Part shown: piece by piece, positions 50,077 to 64,000 of the stretch | Numbering within the stretch: the first letter of the stretch is position 1 | Layout of the letters: every line of letters begins with the position of its first letter | Assembly: GCA_900088475.1 (NCBI GenBank) | Contig: FLMG01000350.1 | Coordinates: forward strand, 124,001 to 188,000 | Reading direction: 5' to 3' | From: Hyphochytrium catenoides | Taxonomy: Eukaryota; Protista; Hyphochytriomycota | DNA: 64,000 bases | The notes under the pieces: model-generated | The model's input: the letters and a program-made list of their open reading frames with translations, nothing else | Database searches by the model: none | Told to the model about the DNA's origin: nothing | Program-made: the position numbers and the translations under genes

Positions 50077-51951
50077 TCACCAGGAGGGTGAGGAGCAGTT
50101 CTCACTCTCTAGCCAGGGAAAAGAGAGTTTGTGACCTTCTCTGTAGCCAATAGCCTTCACACAGCGTAAAGCGCTCTGCACNNNNNNNNNNNNNNNNNNN
50201 NNNNNNNNNNNNNNNNNNNNNNNNNNNNNNNNNNNNNNNNNNNNNNNNNNNNNNNNNNNNNNNNNNNNNNNNNNNNNNNNNGCAAGATATTACTTTATCT
50301 TGGTCGATAGAGATAATAGGATTGTAGGTAGCAAAAAAGCTTGTGGTGGTGCCCAGGCTCGTTATCTCAGGATTGAGAAAGTGAGAGCACATCGAGCTTT
50401 GAGTCACTGGAATCTCCCGTTTCACACTCTGGTCTCTCCCAGCAATAGTAAGAGTCTTCGGAAGACGGGACCAATCAGAGAAAGAGACAAAGTTGACCTC
50501 TCGCCAGTCTGCTCTTCTCTTAGGCATCACTCTTTCATCCGAGTGTACCACGACTGATGTCCTTACATATTTCACAGTCTCCAGAAGGCTGGTTACCTTC
50601 CTCTGATCAAAATCAGCATTATCTTTGCTGCCGTTGTTCAAAATCCTGACAACTTGGTTGGCCTGGGTGGCAAAGATGACATGGTCAAACTCTGTTGTTC
50701 TTCCTCTCCCATCTAGCACCAGTAACCTCCCAGTCTGCGCGTCACGGTACACAGCTTCGACTCCAGTATTCAGTCGAATGTCGCTGAGGCCCTTGGTTAA
50801 AGTGGAGCAGACGCGTTGAACGCCGCAAGACACGACAAAAACCTTACTGCGTTCGTCGTTTGTGTCCATCAGAAGGTTCGTGCTCTCCAGTCGCTTCATA
50901 TCGAACATTGAGCGTGCCAAGAAATCTGCAAAAAGGAAAACAGCGCGATGACAAAGCCCCTATGTTGGTATCCAACCACGAACAAGCTGTAAGAAGCCGG
51001 AGCTCACCTAGTATGAACCGCGCAGGATAGTTGGCGGCATCTTGGAAGCTGCAGGTGCAGACAATAGATAGGTGCGGCAAGAGTACGCCATATGCAAAGT
51101 CCTTGCTATAGCCCTCCCTTGCTAAGTAGTCTCCAAAGGTCCCAGATACACTCTTTATCTCATCTTTCAGAGCTAACTCTCTTAGAACACCGTTTAATCT
51201 TAGCCATTCCGAGGTCAAAGACACGACCTTGAGCAAGTACCGGAAGACAGCCAGATAGAAAAATGGAAAGAGCAAATCTAAGAAGGAAAAGGATGGTAGC
51301 CTGGGCAGCAGGCTAGGTAGAACCAACATCTTTGAGAAGAGCGTCCACCGACTGAGGATGTAGTATGGCTGGAACCCTGAGGGTACATCACCCTCTGAAG
51401 TGCTAGCAGATGCAGGAAAGGTGCCGAAGGAGTATAACCAATGACTGCTCTGTAGAGGCACTCCTGCCTGCTTGTAAAGCCTCAGGACGCCAGGATAATA
51501 GCCTAATGCCCGTCGTCGAGGGGAAATGACCAGAAACGTTAGCGTTTAGGGCCTACGTTAACTCCAACAAGGGCGCCTGAAGCGACTCGCTTACCAACTG
51601 TCAGGGCTCGCATAGGAACGTCCACGCGGCCAAATATATGTTCATGGGTGGAGGTTGCATCAGAAGAGCAGGAGAGGCACCGGCACTCAACAGACACTGA
51701 AGCTGCGTCCATTCCCACTTTGCCTTCCCGCTCGTAAAGCGTTACGTCAAAGACATCATCATCTTCGTCACCCCTTTCTTTGCCCCTCGTCAGCAAGTAC
51801 GCGGCTGATAATCCGGCCAGACCCGAGCCTATCAAATCGCGGAGTACAGTTAGATGTCAGCCAGCTCGTTAGGATGGGGCAGTGCTTCCGCGAGCTCACC
51901 TATCACGGCTATGCGGACTTTCTGGGACCCCTTCGCTTCAGGTCGCGTCAT
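50077..51951 (-). CDS. FAD-dependent oxidoreductase (COG2907/amine-oxidase-like fold); 3' part interrupted by a 100-N gap
   Basis: Spliced MTRPEAKGSQKVRIAVIGSGLAGLSAAYLL (GxGxxG), VTLYERE, RVDVPMR, FDHVIFATQANQ, VVVHSDERVMPKRRADWR, ATYNP. End approximate. Confidence 0.82.
50182..50281. other. Assembly gap of 100 N; other gaps at 608-631, 3779-3799, 4091-4128, 16600-16609 and 58164-58253
   Basis: Runs of N in the sequence. Confidence 1.
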
Positions 51952-53021
51952 ACTGAGCAGCGACCACTGTCAGAACGCCTTAACAAGGCGTCCAGTACCA
52001 ACCAACGGGAGGAACACCTCAACGAGGAGCAGATAGAACTATATATTCTATATGGTCGAGAACAAACAATAGAGGTTCTTATGCTTGGTGGCGCGCTTCT
52101 TAGCTGTCGCTGGTATGGGGGAAGTGACGGGAAAGAGACACCATGCACAGCTTTTCGCTGCGTATTCAGCGGCAGACGACGACAGACATTTGCTGCTTGG
52201 CTTGGTACAAAGTTCTTGAGGAAGCGTACCAGGGTGATGGCGTGAGAGAGGAAGTGCAGCAGAGGTGCGAGGCGATACAAGAGGCTGACGTGGAGGGAAA
52301 GAGGAAGCCAAAAGCTAACCAACAACCCTCCCACCCACATATGTTCCCTACTTCCTCACTCTGTCTTGGACTCGAATCTCTCTGTCTCACCGTAAAGTCT
52401 AGGAGATCTCCCGCTTGTAGTCTTTTATCTCCATCCAATCTGTATCTATTCCTCTCTTCGCCTGTACCTCAACACCAATCTGTCTCCATTCGACGAATTC
52501 ATGATGGACACCATTCTTATACCTTCTCCTCATATAATCTATGTAACTACCTTGTTCTCATGATTCAAGGCTTGGGAAACAGATGCTTCTCTATCCTTTA
52601 AAGGGCCTTTACCTCCAGAGGAGCCAGGAACACGATCCATCAATCAGCGCATAAGGAAGGCAGACTGCTAGATGATGACCCCAGCAGCAAGATAAGAGAA
52701 GAAAATGAGGAGAACTCTGCGGCCTTCTAGGACAGCCTTTCATTAGAATCTTCTTTACCCTTGAGATCCACAACAGGGGAGCCCCACATGTTCTTCCTCT
52801 TGATTGTTTGGCTGTTAGGCTTTATAGGTTTCATGAAGTCAAAGGAGCATGAGTTTCATGGAGCAACACAAGCTGCTGCTGGAAGGTGTCCTTGGAGGCA
52901 GGCTGCTGATGACAAGTTTTTTCTGAGATGATTGCTCCTTGGTCTCTCTAGAGCCATGTGTGGAAAGTGGAGCCGTTGCTAACTAATAAGGTCTGCGAAC
53001 TGATCCTATTCACATTCCCAC

Positions 53022-54940
53022 CTAGACGGCAGGCTGAAAGGCTTGCATTCCTTGATATTGACTCCAAGGAGACGGCTGCACCACGTTGAGAAAGCGGTGC
53101 TGCTCAACATGCCTGACCCTAAAGTACACTTGGTAGCGAATGTCTGGTTTAAAGGGAGCAATGCAGTCAGACGATGCGGCAAGACATTCGGTAAGGTAAA
53201 AGGAAGAGGCCGCCAGACCTGGTGACAAGTTTGGGCCGCCTCGGTGTGCAAGCCCAGGATGCACTATCACGGCATCTCCCTTCTTCAATGTTAGCTGCAA
53301 GGGCTGTCCTAAGTCTGGCAAGCTACCATCTCCCCAGATTGAAGAGCTAGCGCTGCAGTCAACTTCTTCATAGCCCTGCAGCTTACCTCCTGGAAGCATC
53401 TGTTTATGGAGGGAGAGATGGGACCCGGGAAAGACCACGAGATTGCCAGTTAGAGGCGCCAAAGTATCGGACAATGGCACCCCTACTAGGATGTGAAAAG
53501 GGTTAAGCTTCCCTAGTAGGGTAATCGTTAATCACAACGTTAGAGGCGGACCACAAGGGGAATCACTTGGAAGGAGAGTGACCTTGTCGCATCCCGTCCG
53601 TATGCCATTCTCGACCTGAAAGCTTGACTGCGGCTGTTAGCTCCGGGAATCTAAGCGCTAGCTGCGCGCCTAAGGAGAGACGGAAGCGAGTAAGCCCTCG
53701 ATAGGAAGCACGTTTACTCTACTATCTGACCACTTGGAAGGCACAACGTATCCGGGCCCGATATGGAGATAAGTGTGTCCCAAAGGCTTGTTCGGAGCAA
53801 AAGATCGAGTATGGGCTTGGCGTTTGACACATTTCCTGCCAGCTTCCCAAAGCCCTCCACTCCACCCTCAATCATAGAGCTACAAGCGTCCGAAATTTAC
53901 CGTCTGCAGTTAGAGAGAGGCTGCCATTCAATATTCAGCAGGACTTGATTTGGACTCACTGGGGCTTGCCAAGCTCGTGGTTGATGATCCTCAGAGCGTT
54001 GTTCACATAGGTCAGAGGCACAACGTCTCGCAGGACAAGAAACCTAAGAGGAGTGCTGTCAAGTCATGACTAGCTAGTGATCACCTTAATGAAGGTAACG
54101 TAACTCAATGAGCAGAGCTGGCATATCGGGGCGGATACCGTCATGGACTTAGAAAACGAGCGTGTAGAGGACGCGAGGTGTCCGCTGCGCACACCAGGGG
54201 ACATAAGATCAAGGAAATAGCATGTTCGGTAAGACGGCTAAATAGGTGATGCCTCGGGCCGAATAGATGCAGCCCTTACCCTTGTTCATTGAAGGACTGC
54301 AGCTGTGCGAGAGATAGATTTATCCAGTCCTTTAGTGTGTGCTGGTCAACCTTTAATTGAGCGCTTCTTGCTATCTCTGTGGCTATAAAGGTGGAGCTAG
54401 GCCCTAAACTAGCATTACCGACGAGTCCTCCTTCTTGAAGTGAGGCAGGAGGGAAGAGAAGAAGGAGGAAGTCGAAAGTTCAAGAAAAGTTCAATCGCGA
54501 CTGGTAGATCCCTACATGTACGAACCTGAACAGCAGCCAATGAACCAGCCAGTGTTCCCATCCAAGGTGACTTTATCAGCCATAGCGACGCTCTTTAAGG
54601 CATAGGCTTGGGCCACGGACATCTCCGTGAAGGGCAAGGAGATTATCTCAAACTGGGCGAATCGGCCGAGGCCATTCACGAAGGAAGCCTTGCCGGACTG
54701 GGTAACTCTCAGTCTAAGCGTCGGTTGCTTTAGATCTGCCAGATAAAAAGACTTTGTGGTGGCTTCCTCCATCAAGACTCTCAGTTTGGTGCCGGTCAGT
54801 TCGTTATAGAGAAGTACAGCGCTTCCAGTGGCCCAGGAGGGTATGCTACCCGCGACCGGCAGCGTTGCTACCGTGTCTGTCGCGTCCATAATAGTCTCAC
54901 CGTATACCTCCCTGGTGGCCTTACCCCTTCCCATCCCCAT
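53022..54940 (-). CDS. PhyH-like Fe(II)/2-oxoglutarate dioxygenase with an extra N-terminal domain
   Basis: Spliced AQLALRFP...WHTDG (HxD), GVPLSD, GNLVVFPGSH, KKGDAVIVHPGLAHRGGPN, DIRYQVYFR. Confidence 0.82.
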
Positions 54941-56201
54941 GTCTCTTTCTATACATCCTTGAGAATCTGAGCGCTGTTAGAGTTCCTGTATAGCCCTTCC
55001 TGCACATAAGTATTCTTCAATCTCTAAATCAGTAAGGAGGTGAAGCTCAGAGCTCAACTCTGCAATGCTGAGAAGCTCTACAAGAGCTTACAGACAAGAC
55101 AAGTTGGCCTTTGGATTACTGTAGCGGCAGTTCATCCATCAGAACCCCAACAGCAAGGACAGTGTAAACCTCACCAACCTCTCCAGAGCTCCTCCGCGAT
55201 AAGGCAGAGTAATAGCTAAGGTTGATAGCCATAAAGGGGCTATATATATAGTAGTAGGCCATAGCTCTCTTGTCCTGTTGTTAACTCCATGAGCTAAACC
55301 TATTCCGCTCCTCGAGAATCGCCACCGAAATCACATGCATTTGATCTTGGCAGCACCGCGCGGCAATTAACCGATAATTTAACCGCCTGCGGCAGAGGAA
55401 TCCTTTACGCCGGGCGTAATGTGTCTAATAATTAACCGCTCAAGCGCGAGTACCTCCTCCAGGAGCTGGGCCGTGAAAGATTCGCCTGTCGTACACTGTG
55501 TCGCCCCGCCCACCGCCCAACTGCATCGCCATCGGCACGCCATCAACATTCAGTGCCCTTCTCACTCTGATGAAGATTGACTTTGAGGCTTCTTTATCAT
55601 TGAACCTAAGGGCTTCAGGCAGAGTATCTGTGAGGCCAACAGGACAGGAGCAAAGGGAGACCTTGGCAGTGAGTCGCAAGGAGAGCAAGACTTAGAAGAA
55701 AGGGGGCATCGATAGAACGAGAGAGGTGGAGATAACACTGCCATTAGTCCCTCATTGCTAGGTCCCGCTCATGACTACTGCGTGTGGGTAGAGGGGTCAG
55801 AACAGTCTGGGAGCTAAGGCAGGCAAAGGAGAAGAAGGGAAGTCTTTAGGGGCTCCAGGCGAGCGCGATGTACCCATTGCGTTCTGCCGGGCAGCTCTCT
55901 CTGAGAAGTAGGCGTCTGATTCGTCCCATTCACGCATCGGGAACACCATTCTCGCTCTATGGCCAGAGCAGGCGGGTAACCGTTGTGAGTTTAGGAGAGA
56001 GAGACTGGAGGCTAAGACCGCGGCTGAACTCTGGGAGGCGAAGACATTCCATACTCGACGCTGCCCTCGGTCAGGGAGCAGGCATTTCTCCCGAAGGTAG
56101 GGTGCTAGTTCACATAGCAATCTCATGGCTCCTACCCCAGAGATTGAGCTTCGTAGTCATCCTCTATGATTCTCTAAGCCTGGCCAATCTTTAGTTTCTC
56201 T

Positions 56202-61279
<5,078 letters not shown>

Positions 61280-61679
61280 ATAGATATGGTGAAGATGCAA
61301 GCACCCGGATGGACTATGAAATAGTTCCTGCTGACCTCAACACGAGGTAAACATGCTGGACCGCCACCGCGACAGAAGAGAGGACTCCAGTTGACCCGCC
61401 GGCTAGTTTGTCCGTCAAACGGACATTAAGAGCCCAGAGAAGCGGAGTCTTCATGTCAAAAGGCCTAACCAAAGTTATCCAGCTATTAATAACAGCTTAC
61501 TATGATAAGCTTACACACTACAGCGTCTTGGGCGGCCTTGACTATGGTACATATAACTGTTGCCGTCCCAATCCACCTTGAAATTGAAAGTGGGTCTGGC
61601 GCTTGGCACTGTGTGTCGCTCTTCCTGCCGCACAGTGAATAAATAGTTACGGGTTATGGCGTCCCGCGGCTGCAGGCGT

Positions 61680-62835
61680 TCAATATGCGGTGTCGCTCCC
61701 CCTAGCCTGACAAGATAGTCCATTCTCAGGACACAACTGTCCAGTTTTTGGTCGCTTAAGCTGAGGTATACTGGGCGGAGAGTGGAGCGGTGTTCCGCAG
61801 GCCGAAAGGGTATCTTTGGCTTCTTGTCGTGCTCGAGCCAACTTCGCAGCTCTAGACCGCGCTGCAATGCCTATTAGCCTGTACCTCAGCGTACTGAGAT
61901 CTAAGAACACCTCCTGTGACTCCGCCGTGCGGTAGAGAACCTCTTCTAACTTGGCAGCAAGTCCACCCAGTCTTTCTAGCAGGTGAGGTGGAGCATCTGG
62001 GCGTAGCCCCCGAAGAAGGGATACGCTTCAACCCCAGAGCAAGGGAATCCCATGTAAGTACAGCAGTCAGAGAAAGATGATGATTAGATCCACACCAAGT
62101 AGGAACCAGCCAGAAGACCGTCTTAAGCTTACATGTGCCACCGAATGATATGTCTATGATTCGGGTCCGCAACACAGCCAGAACCCGGAATTCCGTCACT
62201 GGGCTCCCCAGAAAGACCATTCTGTGGCAACCCGTTCACAGAGTAGCGGCGAGCATTGCGCTGCCTCCCTGAAACGTCTGTAATCGAAGCGACTCGGCGA
62301 AGAGGAGAGCCCTTGCGTCTCCCTAAAAAGAGAAGGTGCTTACTGTGACCGTCCCTTGCTGCGTTGCTTATAGCTCATTGGGCATACCTGCATCCTTCAC
62401 CTCCAGTCTCAAGTCAAACAATGAAGATAGGACCTCCTCAATTTGAATGTCCTTCGTGACATCTTTCGAGCTGCGATGGGAGTACAGCCGCTTCTTTTCT
62501 ACAGCTGACGGGAGACCATCACTCTGATCTGCCGATGGAATAGTTGAAATGTCCTCCGATAGGGTACCGCCGTTACTTGTCTGCTGCAACTATCATTAGT
62601 CTCATATTATTTATATAAGAGCTACTTTCCTTACCTTTGCTGATATATCATTCTGCAAGCTCAGACTACGACCTCTAGCATGATTCAGCATCCCTTCAGG
62701 ATTATTGGAGTTCCAAGTATAGAGAGCTAAGGCATAAAGCTTCGCATGGACCGCCGCAATGACTCCAGACTCTCCATCCCTTACAGTTGGGCAGGCCTGA
62801 CGATCAAGCTGGAAACTGCTCAACTGGGAGTCGCC
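61680..62835 (-). CDS. Possible multi-exon hypothetical protein
   Basis: ORF pieces 62611-62823 and 62368-62589 join in frame across a short intron (AAG|gtaagg...ctaatgatag|TTG). No recognisable family and downstream phases not resolved. Confidence 0.3.
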
Positions 62836-63319
62836 TTTCAGAAGTGGAAAGAGCTTACTCTATTAATCTATCGTCGCTGACGGCAGCTCACCTAATGCTC
62901 TTCATAGCTACTCCGCATCTGGCTTCTGGACTCGGCCAGCACATGCGTGTCATCGTCGTGTCATCTACCGCAGCTTAAGCCTGAGGGATGGTATCTGACG
63001 GCTAAGAAGCACTTTTTGCTCTGTCTCGTCTCATCTTTCATCAGCCGCAGATGGGGCGGCGCGGTGGTGTTGACGTGCAATCAGAAGTGGTCTCTTCAAG
63101 GCTCGGTTACACGACTCACATCATTCATAATACGAGCCAGTAGGGTTAAGAATCTGCAGCATTTTGGCCATCTGAGGGCTACGTCATCCAGGTTATGCAC
63201 GGCTGCCTGTGTCGCGTTTGGCCCTCGTTGTTCAACTCGACATCTCCCTCTCCTCTCCCTCAGAAAGTCAGGCGTAGAACTATCCTTTCCGTTCTCTCTC
63301 TCTTGCATTGGGTGTCAGC

Positions 63320-63400
63320 CTTCGCCATCATCATCCCTCATGGTCGCCACACATCATTACCCTGCTCTACCCATCATCATCATATCATCATCATCATCAA
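63320..63400. repeat. Imperfect (ATC)n microsatellite
   Basis: catcatcatcatatcatcatcatcatcaa. Confidence 0.8.
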
Positions 63401-64000
63401 TCCTCCCATCTGTACAGCACCAACTCCTACATCTCTTCCTCTCTCTGTCTCGCTTTCCTCTGTCAATTATTACTACCTGTCGCTTCTCTGTCTCTCCCTT
63501 GCTTGATACAGTTCTTCAGAACTTAGGACCAAAGTTCCTTGCCTCGCCGAAATAATAGAAAGACAGACTTATTTTAGAAAGAACTACGACAGGTACGACG
63601 TTGTAAGGTACAGAGGAACAACAACTACATCTCCTGGGAGCCATCACTACCTCTCATCTAATGACCTCGTAGCCATCTTTTCAAGCAGCACACTTTTCTG
63701 GACACAATGAGCACCAACTTCCTTCCAGCCTCTAACCTCTAACTCTTCTGTCTGACCAGCACAAGAGAAGCCTTTAGATGATCTGGGTTCTGGGCCCTGG
63801 CAAGTGCAGAGTGCAGATGCGCAGTGAACGGGGGTGATGCATCACGAGTTTGCAGAAGGGCGGACTTCCCTCTGTGGCTTGCCTGTCTTTCTGTCTTCAG
63901 CCCTCTACAAATACTCTCTAACCTTTGATTAAGGCGGAAGCACCAAAGAATTAGTCCCCAAAATCTCAGAATCTGGCCTCCTAGGACCATTAACTATGGG

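Noticed and set aside
51948-52860. Small gene or N-terminal TM fusion between the FAD oxidoreductase and PhyH
   Set aside because: No consistent spliced frame found, and the oxidoreductase has its own ATG at 51951.
62947-63555. 202-aa and overlapping His/Ile/Ser-rich ORFs
   Set aside because: Low-complexity (ATC)n and CT-rich sequence open in several frames, with no family signal.

Overview
Eukaryotic, intron-rich (mostly short GT-AG introns), roughly 50% GC draft-assembly window with six N gaps. It is not prokaryotic, so most ORF-track entries are exon fragments or antisense shadows. The cullin, ABCA, LETM1 and ELP3-like sequences suggest a stramenopile-type protist (inference), and IFT38 implies a flagellated stage. 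Genes in order: NRPS-like TE-A-T-R enzyme (-, runs off the left edge), divergent MFS sugar-porter-like transporter (+), Ulp1/SENP protease (+), POLD3 (-), cullin-1 (+), CLUAP1/IFT38 (-), GNL1-like GTPase with a B-box-like Zn-finger exon (+), full-size ABCA (-), small orphan ORF (+), intronless tail-anchored ELP3-like radical SAM/GNAT (-), intronless TCP11-domain protein (+), COG2907-like FAD oxidoreductase (-), PhyH-type dioxygenase (-), LETM1 with EF hands (+), and a possible hypothetical gene (-). The best candidate for an undescribed system is the NRPS-like gene: a type-II-like thioesterase spliced in frame to an adenylation domain that lacks the amino-acid-binding Asp and resembles onium-acid (glycine betaine/DMSP)-activating A domains, followed by a carrier domain and a thioester reductase. 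It sits head-to-head with a transporter that has lost the canonical sugar-binding motif. Exon boundaries were read by eye and several gene starts are approximate.
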